Positions 29,748 to 39,639 of a stretch of DNA of 64,000 bases are shown here, piece after piece; the stretch's first letter is position 1; every line of letters begins with the position of its first letter. The translations under genes were made by a program, and so were the position numbers. This DNA comes from Bacteroidia bacterium (lineage in GTDB: Bacteria; Bacteroidota; Bacteroidia; NS11-12g; UBA9320). The stretch is from NCBI GenBank assembly GCA_028247315.1, contig JAOKFZ010000002.1, forward strand, positions 18,438 to 82,437, given 5' to 3'. A model generated the notes under the pieces. It saw only the letters and a list, made by a program, of their open reading frames with translations. It was not told the origin of the DNA and did not search any database.

Positions 29748-31088
29748 ATGGGAACATTAATAATGGCTGGTCAGCTTATTCTGGCCTTAGCAATACTAGT
29801 ATCACTTCACGAATGGGGACACTACATATCAGCACGAAGCTTTGGTATTCGCGTAGAAAAATTCTTCATTTTTTTTGATGCTTGGGGTACCAAGCTTTTT
29901 AGTAAGAAAATAGGTGATACCGAATGGGGTATAGGATGGTTGCCTCTAGGGGGTTATGTTAAAATAAGTGGTATGATAGATGAGAGTCTAGACCAAGATC
30001 AATTGGGTTCAGAACCAGAGAATTATGAGTTTAGAAGCAAACCAGCTTGGCAAAGACTCATCGTTATGGTGGGTGGTGTAACCGTAAATTTTATCCTAGG
30101 AATTATCATATTTTCATTAGCTCTATGGCATTACGGTGATACATGGTTGCCCGCTCAAGCGGTAAACGATGCTCACGGTATTGTGGTTACAGATTTTGGT
30201 ACAAAAGCGGGCTTTGAGTCTGGAGATAAATTACTGACTGTAAATGGAGAGGTGAGAGAAAAGTTTAGAGATTATGCAAACCCAGCAATAGTACTCAAAA
30301 GTGATTCTTTGGTTTTTGAAGTAGATAGAAACGGAGAGACAATATCTATTCAAATATCTTCAGAGCTAAGCAAAGCACTATTGGAGAGTAAAGGACAGCG
30401 TCTATTTAGCTATAGAACGGTTGCACAGATAGATACTGCGGTGACAGAAGCGGCTATAGAAGGAGGTTTTCAGAAAGGAGATATTCCAATATCCGTAGAG
30501 GGTGCACCAACATACTACTACGATCAACTGCAAACGGCACTGGCTAGTCACAAAGGCAAAAAAATAAACATATCGGTTCTGAGAGGCAACGATACAGTTG
30601 ATCTTGTTACTCAGTTAGATACGACAGGAAGTATAGGTGTTGGCCTTGTTGGTCCTGTGGCATTGCTAGCTCAAGCACAAATCACCGAATACGGTTTTAT
30701 TGAGTCTTTTCCTGCTGGTACCAAAAAAGGACTTTCTGCACTTGCAGATAACATCAATGCTTTTGGCCTCATGTTCAAAGGGAAATTAAATCCCGTAAAG
30801 TCTGTAAGTGGACCACTTGGTATTGCAAAAATATTTGGAGCTACATGGAACTGGCAACGTTTTTGGGAGATAACAGGTATGTTATCCTTCATTCTAGCCT
30901 TTATGAACTTATTGCCAATACCTGCATTAGACGGTGGACATGTTTTGTTTTTGCTTGTTGAAATGGTAAGACGTAAGCCGCTTCCAGAGAAGGTAATGTA
31001 CTACTTTCAGGTAAGTGGTATGGTAATTCTGTTTGCTCTTATGGGTTTCATTATATTTATTGATTTCTTCAACGCTATTTTTAATTAG
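29748..31088 (+). CDS. rseP: RIP metalloprotease RseP
   Basis: HEWGH, PLGGYV, PDZ domains, NLLPIPALDGGH. Confidence 0.96.
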   Translation: MGTLIMAGQLILALAILVSLHEWGHYISARSFGIRVEKFFIFFDAWGTKLFSKKIGDTEWGIGWLPLGGYVKISGMIDESLDQDQLGSEPENYEFRSKPAWQRLIVMVGGVTVNFILGIIIFSLALWHYGDTWLPAQAVNDAHGIVVTDFGTKAGFESGDKLLTVNGEVREKFRDYANPAIVLKSDSLVFEVDRNGETISIQISSELSKALLESKGQRLFSYRTVAQIDTAVTEAAIEGGFQKGDIPISVEGAPTYYYDQLQTALASHKGKKINISVLRGNDTVDLVTQLDTTGSIGVGLVGPVALLAQAQITEYGFIESFPAGTKKGLSALADNINAFGLMFKGKLNPVKSVSGPLGIAKIFGATWNWQRFWEITGMLSFILAFMNLLPIPALDGGHVLFLLVEMVRRKPLPEKVMYYFQVSGMVILFALMGFIIFIDFFNAIFN

Positions 31089-31096
31089 AGTTCGCG

Positions 31097-31624
31097 ATGG
31101 GAAGTCACTTTGAATTTTACGAAATTAAAGAGCGATTTTTTATTGATGAGCAGAAACTAAAACAGCAGTACCTAAAGCTAAGCAAGGAGAATCACCCCGA
31201 TTTCTTTATCACGGATAAGGTGCGTTATGACGCAGCTATGGACATTACTAGTCAAAACAACACTGCTTACAGGGTTTTAAAAAGTTTTAGCTCTAGAGTG
31301 TACTACATTCTTAAGCTCAATAATCTGCTCGAGGAGCAGGGGAATAAACTGCCTCCAGATTTTTTGATGGAGATGATGGATCTTAATGAAGAGATAATGG
31401 ATCTCAAGATGGATTTTGATGTTACTAAACTAGTTGCTTTAGACAAGAAAGTAGGTGTACTGGCAGACCAGTGGGGTACAAAAATAAAGGAACTTGCTCT
31501 GCAAGCAGATGATTTGCAAAACACAGAACGAACAGGTATTCTGAAAAAAATAAAAGAATTTTATTTAAAACAGAAGTATGTGTTGCGATTAAAAGAAAGT
31601 CTAGATACTTTCGCACCTCAATAA
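31097..31624 (+). CDS. hscB: Fe-S cluster co-chaperone HscB
   Basis: J-domain HPDFF; N.AY..LK; PDFLMEMMDLNE. Confidence 0.88.
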   Translation: MGSHFEFYEIKERFFIDEQKLKQQYLKLSKENHPDFFITDKVRYDAAMDITSQNNTAYRVLKSFSSRVYYILKLNNLLEEQGNKLPPDFLMEMMDLNEEIMDLKMDFDVTKLVALDKKVGVLADQWGTKIKELALQADDLQNTERTGILKKIKEFYLKQKYVLRLKESLDTFAPQ

Positions 31625-31656
31625 GATAGTCGAGGTAGATTATCCTATTACCAAAT

Positions 31657-31738
31657 GCCCGGATGGCGGAATTGGTAGACGCGTCGGTCTCAAACACCGA
31701 TGCCGCAAGGCGTGCCGGTTCGACCCCGGCTCCGGGTA
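31657..31738 (+). tRNA. tRNA-Leu (anticodon CAA)
   Basis: Acceptor stem GCCCGGA/TCCGGGT; D-loop TGGTAGAC; anticodon arm TCGGT-CTCAAAC-ACCGA; long variable arm; GGTTCGACCCC T-arm; CCA not encoded. Confidence 0.97.
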
Positions 31739-31740
31739 CA

Positions 31741-31775
31741 AAGACTCTCTACTTATGTCGAGGGTCTTTTTTTTT
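31741..31775 (+). terminator. Terminator after tRNA-Leu
   Basis: aagactct...agggtctt followed by a T run. Confidence 0.65.
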
Positions 31776-31865
31776 GATCAATAATCAGCCATTTTACTGC
31801 GTTAATTACCAAAAAAAAATACTCAGAAGGATGATGAAAAAAAAGGTATGCTGCAGGGTCTGTAC

Positions 31866-32801
31866 TCAAAACTGAGCCCTATTAAGCCTATCAGCAATCG
31901 CACGTCCTATGCCTTCTGGCTTTATGGGTTCTGCCAATATGATTTCTGCATTGGATTGATCTGCCTCTCTCATACCACTGAAGAGAGAATTGGCTATTTC
32001 CCCAAGATTGTAACTCTTGGAGAGTAAAATATAGGGTAGTGGTGTTGTCTTTTCTTCGTAAAGCAAAGCTATAGCTTTCTTATACGGGTTTTGATGGACC
32101 CAATCCTGGATATTCTTCACTATTAACAAAGGTTTATCTGTGGAATAGTGCCTTTTTAATTGTCCTGGAGACTGTATCTGTTTACGGGTATTTCCTTTCA
32201 CTTTTATACCAAGAGCAACAATGTCTTCTTGTGAAATGCCGCCTTCTCGTAGTATTACGACACTGCTGTCTTCAAATGCTACGATGGTACTCTCCACACC
32301 GACGGAGCAAGGGCCGCCATCTAAAACGTAGCCTATTTGGCTTCCAACAGTACTCTCTACATGCTGAGCTGTAGTGGGGCTTACTGTATTTGATATATTG
32401 GCACTAGGGGCTGCAAGCGGAAAATCCAACTGCGATAGTAGGTCCAGTGTTAGTGGATGATTGGGCACTCTTACAACTACATGGCTAGAGCCTGATGTGA
32501 TTAAATCTGGTACAAGTCGACTTTTAGGCAATAAGAAACTGATACTTCCTGGCCAAAATGCGTTTGAAAGTAAACTTGCTTCTTCAGGCCATTCCAATAC
32601 ATACTTTTTTGCATCATCTATACTGGCACAGTGAAGTATTAGAGGATTAAACTGAGGTCTATTTTTTACCCTGTAAATTTCTGAAACGGCCTGAGGGTCG
32701 AGAGCATTGGCTGCCAAACCGTATACCGTCTCTGTAGGAATAGCTGCCAGTTGACCATCAGACAGAAGAGATGCTACTTGGGCAACATCTGTACCGATCA
32801 T
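31866..32801 (-). CDS. tsaC: L-threonylcarbamoyladenylate synthase (Sua5/TsaC)
   Basis: PTETVYGL, KNRP.FNPLI.H, AAPSAN.S, PGQLKRHY; Sua5 C-terminal domain. Confidence 0.94.
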   Translation of the reverse strand: MIGTDVAQVASLLSDGQLAAIPTETVYGLAANALDPQAVSEIYRVKNRPQFNPLILHCASIDDAKKYVLEWPEEASLLSNAFWPGSISFLLPKSRLVPDLITSGSSHVVVRVPNHPLTLDLLSQLDFPLAAPSANISNTVSPTTAQHVESTVGSQIGYVLDGGPCSVGVESTIVAFEDSSVVILREGGISQEDIVALGIKVKGNTRKQIQSPGQLKRHYSTDKPLLIVKNIQDWVHQNPYKKAIALLYEEKTTPLPYILLSKSYNLGEIANSLFSGMREADQSNAEIILAEPIKPEGIGRAIADRLNRAQF

Positions 32802-34159
32802 TTTTTATCTCTTTTCAGATCAAATTTATCTATCTTGTTATACAAATGACTCCGTTGTATATCAATCTCAGCAGCAGTTTTGGCCACATTCCAATTGTTC
32901 TTTTTCAGCTTGGCGTCAATAAACATTCGTTCGGCGTAGTCTTTAAAGTCTTGAAAACGATTGAATTCAGTGATAGCATCTATTGTCCCAGGTCTTTTCT
33001 TGCCGTTGTTGGCATATAGCTGAACTTCATCTTCTGTTATCTTGTTGTCACAAAGTATGATGAGTCGTTCAATGATGTTTCTTAGCTCACGTATGTTACC
33101 ACTCCAATAGATGTTTTTAAGAGCATCCATAGCTCCTGCAGTGATTTGCTTCTTATTTATACCGTTATCCTCACATATTTCTTCCATAAACTTTTCTGCA
33201 AGCGTTGGTATATCACTTACACGTTCGTTTAGCGTCGGCACGTGTATTACAATTACAGAGATACGGTGGTACAAGTCTTCTCTGAAGTTACCGTCTGCAA
33301 TTTCTTGCATTAGGTCTTTATTCGTAGCTGCAACTATGCGTACATCTACATTTATGTCTTTTTCACCACCTACACGGGTTATTTTATTTTCTTGAAGAGC
33401 ACGCAATACCTTAGCTTGAGCAGAAAGGGACATGTCACCTATCTCATCTAGAAAAAGCGTTCCACCATTGGCTTTCTCAAATTTGCCCAGCTTCTGCTTG
33501 TGTGCAGAGGTAAAGGAGCCTTTTTCGTGACCAAATAATTCACTTTCTATCAATTCAGTTGGTATTGCAGCACAATTTACCTCTATAAGTGGCTTGTCTG
33601 CACGGTTGCTTCTTTCGTGTATCCATCGAGCCACTAGCTCTTTACCAGTACCGTTTTCTCCTGTTATCATGACACGAGCATCAGTAGGTGCTACCTTCTC
33701 AATGGTTTTTTTTATCTTCTTTATGCTTGGAGCATCGCCAACGATCTCACGTGTTTTTGTGATTTGGCGTTTTAGCACTTTCGTCTCTATGACTAAGCTA
33801 TTCTTATCTACTGCGTTCCGTACGGTAATCAGTAATTTATTTAAATCAGGTGGTTTATTTATAAAATCAAAGGCTCCTTTTTTGGTAGCTTCCACCGCTG
33901 TTTCAGTAGTGCCATGACCGCTTATCATAATAATGGGAAGCTCAGGAGCTATCTCTTTGGCCTTCTCGAGCAATTCAAGACCGTCTAACTTAGGCATTTT
34001 TATATCTGCCAATACTGCGTCATAGTTGAATTTCTTGATAAGAGAGAGTGCCTTTTCACCATCGGCTGCTTCTTCTACCTCATACCCTTCGTAATCTAAG
34101 ATTTCTTTGAGTGTTTCTCGTATACTTTGTTCGTCGTCTACAATTAAAATTCTTGCCAT
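32798..34159 (-). CDS. Sigma-54-interacting response regulator (NtrX/NtrC-like)
   Basis: REC domain (VDDE, DIKMP); GENGTGKE; ELFGHEKGSFTSA; C-terminal Fis-type HTH. Confidence 0.93.
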   Translation of the reverse strand: MARILIVDDEQSIRETLKEILDYEGYEVEEAADGEKALSLIKKFNYDAVLADIKMPKLDGLELLEKAKEIAPELPIIMISGHGTTETAVEATKKGAFDFINKPPDLNKLLITVRNAVDKNSLVIETKVLKRQITKTREIVGDAPSIKKIKKTIEKVAPTDARVMITGENGTGKELVARWIHERSNRADKPLIEVNCAAIPTELIESELFGHEKGSFTSAHKQKLGKFEKANGGTLFLDEIGDMSLSAQAKVLRALQENKITRVGGEKDINVDVRIVAATNKDLMQEIADGNFREDLYHRISVIVIHVPTLNERVSDIPTLAEKFMEEICEDNGINKKQITAGAMDALKNIYWSGNIRELRNIIERLIILCDNKITEDEVQLYANNGKKRPGTIDAITEFNRFQDFKDYAERMFIDAKLKKNNWNVAKTAAEIDIQRSHLYNKIDKFDLKRDKK

Positions 34160-34195
34160 AACTGGTCTATTTTATTTATTTGGTCCTTAAAAAAA

Positions 34196-34560
34196 TGCAA
34201 AACTATAAGCCGGGTTCTGTCTAATCTGCCGAAGCAAATAGAGCCTATCATTTATCTACGCTACCTACCCTCTATGGTTTCTAGCTAGCTAGAATCGAAC
34301 GAGCCGCCCTCAACCTATAGTTTACTTGGTATTACAACGTGCAAGGTTTGTACCAAACGAATGTTACCATCCGAGCGTGTGAGCTCTTACCTCACTTTTT
34401 CACCCTGGCCAAGACTAAAGTCCTGGTGGTTATTTTCTGCTACCCTTTCTGTTGCCGAGGTATTCCTACCCAGGCACCCTCTGTTTCTAGAGGTGCACTG
34501 CTCTTTGTTGCCCGGACTTTCCTCCCTCCGCCTGAGCGAACAGCGATAAGCCATTTTGCA
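34196..34560 (-). ncRNA. rnpB: RNase P RNA (class A)
   Basis: Minus strand has GAGGAAAGTCCGGG near the 5' end and ACAGAACCCGGCTTA near the 3' end; P1 tgcaaaa/ttttgca; TACATTTG -7 element at 34564-71. Confidence 0.95.
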
Positions 34561-34629
34561 TTGCAAATGTATAGTATTTTGAACGGTAATAATTATAAGC
34601 GTTTATTCACGTGATATAAACAAAGTGAA

Positions 34630-35640
34630 TCAATTTTTCAATTCAATAAAAACAGGGAAATGATCACTGAATCCATTGAGGTATTTACTGCCTCCAAAAG
34701 TACGCAGAGGGAACCCTTCATATTTTCCTGACTGTAACATCCAAGGCTCCTCTTTTATTCCTGCTGAACCTACTTTATAATGGATACCCGAAGTATCAGA
34801 TATCATTGTCTCAGATACCATTATTTGGTCGAGCATATCCCAATCATCTCGGTACCTATAGCTTCCCTTTTCTTGGTTTTCAAACGTGCAAAATGCATTG
34901 TAGAGTTGGTTTTTGTTTACTTGATTATAGTCACATGAGACGTGAAGTATTTCTGTGATGCTTTTATTGCTTGGTTCGTCATTAAAATCGCCCATTACAA
35001 TAACCTTGGCATCAAGGTCCTCCGCTTGTATCTTTTTTTGTATAGATAGAAGCGTATTGGCAGCGGCTATTCTTTTGGGTTCGGATTTTTGCTTTCCCCC
35101 GCCACGACTAGGCCAATGGTTTATAATAAAATGGAGCACCTCTCCACTGGTCAATTTGCCTTTTACGTAGAGTATGTCTCTTGTTTTATCATTATAAGCG
35201 GATAAGTCTGGTTGATAAGCTATTGTGGTACTGACACTGAATACATTTTTATTGTAAAGAAATCCCACATCTATACCACGTTCATCGGGTGATTCTCTAT
35301 GTGCTATGCCGTAGTTTGCTGCTAGTAGAGCAGGCTCATTTATCAAATCTTCTAATACATGCTTATTCTCTATCTCGCACACACCTAGAAACGTAGGGGT
35401 GGAGTTATTCGCAAGTTGGCTAATTACTGTAGCAAGGTTCTGGAGTTTAGATGCATATCTAACTTTATTCCATCCTTTGTCTCCATTTGGGGTAAATTGC
35501 TCGTCTTTGTAGGTGTTTGGGTCATCCTTTGTGTCAAAAAGATTCTCTACATTGTAAAATCCGACAGTAGCTATATGTGCATCTTTTTTAGTGCATGAGA
35601 GGCATAAAAAAGCTATGAGTACAGATAGATAATATTTCAT
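34630..35640 (-). CDS. Endonuclease/exonuclease/phosphatase family lipoprotein
   Basis: FYNVENLFD, D.RGIDV, NHWPSR, MGDFND, SDHFPV; lipobox CLSC. Confidence 0.92.
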   Translation of the reverse strand: MKYYLSVLIAFLCLSCTKKDAHIATVGFYNVENLFDTKDDPNTYKDEQFTPNGDKGWNKVRYASKLQNLATVISQLANNSTPTFLGVCEIENKHVLEDLINEPALLAANYGIAHRESPDERGIDVGFLYNKNVFSVSTTIAYQPDLSAYNDKTRDILYVKGKLTSGEVLHFIINHWPSRGGGKQKSEPKRIAAANTLLSIQKKIQAEDLDAKVIVMGDFNDEPSNKSITEILHVSCDYNQVNKNQLYNAFCTFENQEKGSYRYRDDWDMLDQIMVSETMISDTSGIHYKVGSAGIKEEPWMLQSGKYEGFPLRTFGGSKYLNGFSDHFPVFIELKN

Positions 35641-35844
35641 TGAGGTCAAAGCAACACTTTTTTTAGCGATTATTTATAATTGGACTACAATCCATCGCTA
35701 TTCTTTTGAAAAATGTCAATGGCTCATTCTATTTTTGTTAGTTGGTGAGCAGTGATTGAAGAACGATAGCTGTATTGAACCCCAAAAAAAGGTGTCGTTA
35801 AAAAATGTTTTGTGTGTTTTCCTAATTATTTTTGCCATTCAAAA

Positions 35845-37257
35845 ATGAATTTTTCAAGTAAAATAAGTGTCATAATAACCTTGCTATTAACGAATACCTT
35901 TCCAAGTACAGGCCAAACGTATTTTGCCAATGGAACAGCAACAGCTTTGGGTGATGGTTGTTTTCAGTTTACCTCGGCTACTAACTGGCAATTGGCTTCT
36001 GTTTGGTATGCTGATAAATTAGATTTGACTACTAACTTTGATCTCGAATTTGAGCTGAACTTTGGAGCGAAGGACGTAGGAGCAGATGGCATTGTATTCG
36101 TATTGCAAACGAATGGGAATAAAGCGATTGGTCTGCCTGGCGGGGGGCTTGGTTTTGAGGGGTTTTCGCCAAGTTTAGGGGTTGAGTTCGATGATTGGAA
36201 TAATGTTGATTTTGGAGACCTTACAAGTGATCACATTGCTATCTTAAAAAATGGAAGCGTAGATCATTATGGGAGTAATTCTTTAGCATCTCCTGTGCCA
36301 GCACTTACCGATGGGGGAAATATAGAAGATGGTCAAAATCACCTTGTACGCATCACTTGGAATGCAGCTACGCAGCGGTTTGAAGTGTGGTTTGATTGTG
36401 TCAAAAGACAACGTTTAACGATTGATATTGTTAATACTATTTTTGGTGGTGAAAGCGAAGTATTTTGGGGTTTTACATCTTCTACCGGTGGTGAGAACAA
36501 TATTCAAGTTGCTTGTTTACGAGATGATATTCTTACCTCGGATACAGTATATATATGTCAAGGCGAAAGCCAAGAATTGAATGTAAGAGAAAGTGAGAAC
36601 AATGAATACTTTTGGTCTCCAAATGTTTATTTAGACGATAATACTATCAAAAATCCTGTATGTAAGCCCACTATTTCTACCATATATTATGTAGACTACA
36701 CAGACCAATGTGGTAATAAGCTAAGAGATACAATACATGTAAGAGTCGAAAATAAGCCAGATTTGACAGACTTAAATGATGTCTCTCTTTGTCTAGATGA
36801 AAAGTTAACTATTACATTACCAAATACTTATGGAACAGTTTTATGGAACGGTCTAGAAGTAGGAGAATCTTTTGATTTATTGAATTACGAAGGAGAACTT
36901 ACTGTCACATCCACAAATACGTGTGGAGTGGACAGTGCAAGGATAAATGTAAAGATTGATGACTGTACGTGTGACATGTGGTTCCCCAATATTGTTACCC
37001 TAAATAGTGATGGTCTAAATGAAGATTTTGGCCCAATAGATGCCTGTGTTCAAGCGAAAGAATATGTGCTTAAGGTATACAATAGATGGGGTGAAAAACT
37101 ATTTGAGACAAACGATATTAATGAGAATTGGGACGGTGATCATCGCATGAATAAAGTGGTAGATGGTGTTTATTTTTGGGTCGCTTCATGGAATTTAGTC
37201 AAAAACGGTAAAAATGTGCCAACAGTCATGAGTGGTACTGTAGATGTTGTTCACTAG
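35845..37257 (+). CDS. L-type lectin domain protein with T9SS type B (gliding-motility-associated) C-terminal domain
   Basis: GADGIVFVLQ, VEFD, FWGFTSSTGG; C-terminal PN..T.N.DG.NE, VYNRWGE, WDG, DGVYFW. Confidence 0.88.
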   Translation: MNFSSKISVIITLLLTNTFPSTGQTYFANGTATALGDGCFQFTSATNWQLASVWYADKLDLTTNFDLEFELNFGAKDVGADGIVFVLQTNGNKAIGLPGGGLGFEGFSPSLGVEFDDWNNVDFGDLTSDHIAILKNGSVDHYGSNSLASPVPALTDGGNIEDGQNHLVRITWNAATQRFEVWFDCVKRQRLTIDIVNTIFGGESEVFWGFTSSTGGENNIQVACLRDDILTSDTVYICQGESQELNVRESENNEYFWSPNVYLDDNTIKNPVCKPTISTIYYVDYTDQCGNKLRDTIHVRVENKPDLTDLNDVSLCLDEKLTITLPNTYGTVLWNGLEVGESFDLLNYEGELTVTSTNTCGVDSARINVKIDDCTCDMWFPNIVTLNSDGLNEDFGPIDACVQAKEYVLKVYNRWGEKLFETNDINENWDGDHRMNKVVDGVYFWVASWNLVKNGKNVPTVMSGTVDVVH

Positions 37258-37470
37258 TGCATGCAACGGGTATTTGTACAACGGTCGAAATTGGGGCCGA
37301 TTAACTCAATCCTAAATCATATACCTAGATACTTTATGGGCTCAATGTTCTTGGATTTACAGAAAGTGTCTATGAAAGTGTCTATTCCTCAGGAAAAGTG
37401 GTCATATGTTTTTCAGATAATTTGACATAGTCAGAAGAAAACATACGTTGTTTGCAGGCATAAAATTTCA

Positions 37471-38850
37471 ATGACATTAATAAAATCGATTTCGGGTATC
37501 AGAGGTACTATTGGTGGTAAAGAAGATGAATCACTGACTCCCTTAGATATTGTTAAATATACAACGGCTTTTGCTGATGCAATAATTACAGGAGAGAATA
37601 AGAAGGTAGTAGTAGGTAGAGATGCTCGACTGTCAGGTCAGATGGTCAACCAATTGGTGTGTGGGGCTCTTATAAGTAAAGGAATAGATGTTTTAGACTT
37701 AGACTTATCTACAACACCTACTGTAGAGATGGTCGTAGTGAAAGAGGAAGCTGCCGGTGGTATTATACTAACCGCAAGTCACAATCCGAAACAATGGAAT
37801 GCACTAAAATTACTCAATTCGGCAGGAGAATTTATCTCAGCAGAACAAGGCTCCGACATTATTGAACGCGTAAAATCGAGCAATTTTGAATACAACGACA
37901 TAGGTTCTATAGGTTCGTATGAGTTAATGGAAGGGACTATAGATTGGCACATAGATCAAATCCTAATGCTTGATATGGTAGACGTAAATGCTGTAAAAGC
38001 AAAAAATTTAACGGTTGTTGTAGATGCTGTAAACTCGACTGGCGGTATAGCTGTGCCAGCATTGCTCAAGAAAATGGGCGTATCGAATGTGATTGAGCTA
38101 TACTGTGAACCTACGGGCCATTTTCCGCATAATCCAGAGCCTAGGCCAGAGAATTTAAATGACTTGTCAGCTTCAGTTATAAAACATCAAGCAGATATTG
38201 GCATTGCAGTAGATCCAGACGTAGATAGATTGGCATTTGTAAATGAAAACGGTGATATGTTTGGAGAGGAGTACACGTTAGTTGCTGTTGCAGATTATGT
38301 GCTAAGCCATAAGAAGGGGAATACAGTTTCTAATCTGAGTAGTACACGAGCTCTTAGAGATGTTACAGAGAAACATGGCGGATCGTACAGTGCTAGTGCT
38401 GTAGGAGAGGTGAATGTTGTAGAAATGATGAAAGAGACCAATGCCGTAATAGGTGGAGAAGGAAATGGTGGTGTTATCTTGCCAGAGCTGCACTATGGTA
38501 GAGATGCACTGGTAGGTATTGCCTTGTTTCTAAGTCATTTGGTAAAGAGTGGTAAGCCTTTGAGTCATCTCAAGGCAAGCTATCCTGGCTATATCATCAG
38601 CAAAAATAAAATGGAACTTACTCCAGATATAGATGTAGATTTTATTTTAGAAAAACTTAAAGATAAGTACAAGAACCAACCCGTAAATACGGTTGATGGA
38701 TTAAAAATTGAGTTTGACAAAGAGTGGGTACATTTAAGAAAATCGAATACGGAACCAATCATTCGCATCTATGCAGAAGGAAGTACCTTAAGTGTTGCAG
38801 ATAGTTTGGCCAATAAGATTAAATCAGATATTAGAGAATTGCTCTCGTAG
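37471..38850 (+). CDS. glmM: Phosphoglucosamine mutase
   Basis: MTLIKSISGIRGTIGG, TASHNP, DPDVDR, GGEGNGG, LRKSNTEP. Confidence 0.9.
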   Translation: MTLIKSISGIRGTIGGKEDESLTPLDIVKYTTAFADAIITGENKKVVVGRDARLSGQMVNQLVCGALISKGIDVLDLDLSTTPTVEMVVVKEEAAGGIILTASHNPKQWNALKLLNSAGEFISAEQGSDIIERVKSSNFEYNDIGSIGSYELMEGTIDWHIDQILMLDMVDVNAVKAKNLTVVVDAVNSTGGIAVPALLKKMGVSNVIELYCEPTGHFPHNPEPRPENLNDLSASVIKHQADIGIAVDPDVDRLAFVNENGDMFGEEYTLVAVADYVLSHKKGNTVSNLSSTRALRDVTEKHGGSYSASAVGEVNVVEMMKETNAVIGGEGNGGVILPELHYGRDALVGIALFLSHLVKSGKPLSHLKASYPGYIISKNKMELTPDIDVDFILEKLKDKYKNQPVNTVDGLKIEFDKEWVHLRKSNTEPIIRIYAEGSTLSVADSLANKIKSDIRELLS

Positions 38851-39597
38851 GCTTTCAATAGTTTTGAGTAGGCGAGGGCCATACCAGGAGTAGAGCTCTC
38901 CGTCTACTAAACGTACTTTTGCCTTAGGGAAATGCCCTTCCAGATCACTTATATGTCTATTCTTAAAAGGGTATGGTTCAGAGGAAAGTAAGATATAGTC
39001 AGGATTGATTTTCTTCATCTCTGCTAGGCTTATGGTCGGGTATCTACTGTCCAATTCAGGTATTGCATTGCTATAGCCATGTGCTTCGAGAATGCTATTT
39101 ATAAATGTGTTGCGGCCTGCTGCCATATAGGGATTATTCCAAATGAGGTAAAGAGCAGTTCCTTTGGTGTTTTTCGTACCTGAATTAAATCCGTGATCTA
39201 TTGTGCAAGCTAAATCGTCAGCTATCTTAGATTTATCGACAAGTTGGCCAACTTGTCGTATCATAGCAGTTGCGTCTTCCTGTGTATAGATATCACTTAG
39301 CCATACCTGAAATTCTTGTCTCAGCTCTTCTATTTGTTCTTTCTGATTCTCTTCTTTATTCCCAATTATCAGATCTGGTTTTAGTGAACGTATCTTATCC
39401 AATTGTAGCTTTTTGGTTCCACCTACTTTGATGGATTTTGTAAAATTATTTCTTGGGTGATAGCAAAAAATAGTTTGCCCGACTGGAGGGGTACCTAGGT
39501 AGTAAAGTAGCTCTGTCTGAGAAGGTACAAGTGAAACTATACGCACAGGAACTTCGATTAACGTAATTTTATAGTTTGTTTGGTCGTTATAGTCCAT
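38824..39597 (-). CDS. BtuF-like helical-backbone metal/cobalamin-binding protein
   Basis: RIVSLVPSQTE, VGGTK, NKEEN, LSSEPYPF, VDGELYSWYG. Confidence 0.88.
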   Translation of the reverse strand: MDYNDQTNYKITLIEVPVRIVSLVPSQTELLYYLGTPPVGQTIFCYHPRNNFTKSIKVGGTKKLQLDKIRSLKPDLIIGNKEENQKEQIEELRQEFQVWLSDIYTQEDATAMIRQVGQLVDKSKIADDLACTIDHGFNSGTKNTKGTALYLIWNNPYMAAGRNTFINSILEAHGYSNAIPELDSRYPTISLAEMKKINPDYILLSSEPYPFKNRHISDLEGHFPKAKVRLVDGELYSWYGPRLLKTIESLREQFSNI

Positions 39598-39639
39598 TGT
39601 ACTATAAGTAATAGTTTATATTTGTCAAATATATAAACC

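Noticed and set aside
31657..31865. tRNA as a possible integration site for an island or prophage
   Set aside because: No integrase and no repeated tRNA 3' end; housekeeping genes flank both sides.
31663..31875. 70-aa ORF MAELVDASVSNT...
   Set aside because: Spurious translation of tRNA-Leu.
34339..34614. Short + strand ORFs (91 and 62 aa)
   Set aside because: Antisense to the RNase P RNA gene.
34603..34618. parS-like sequence TTATTCACGTGATATA
   Set aside because: Only 12/16 match to TGTTTCACGTGAAACA, with an imperfect palindrome; I saw no convincing parS near parAB.
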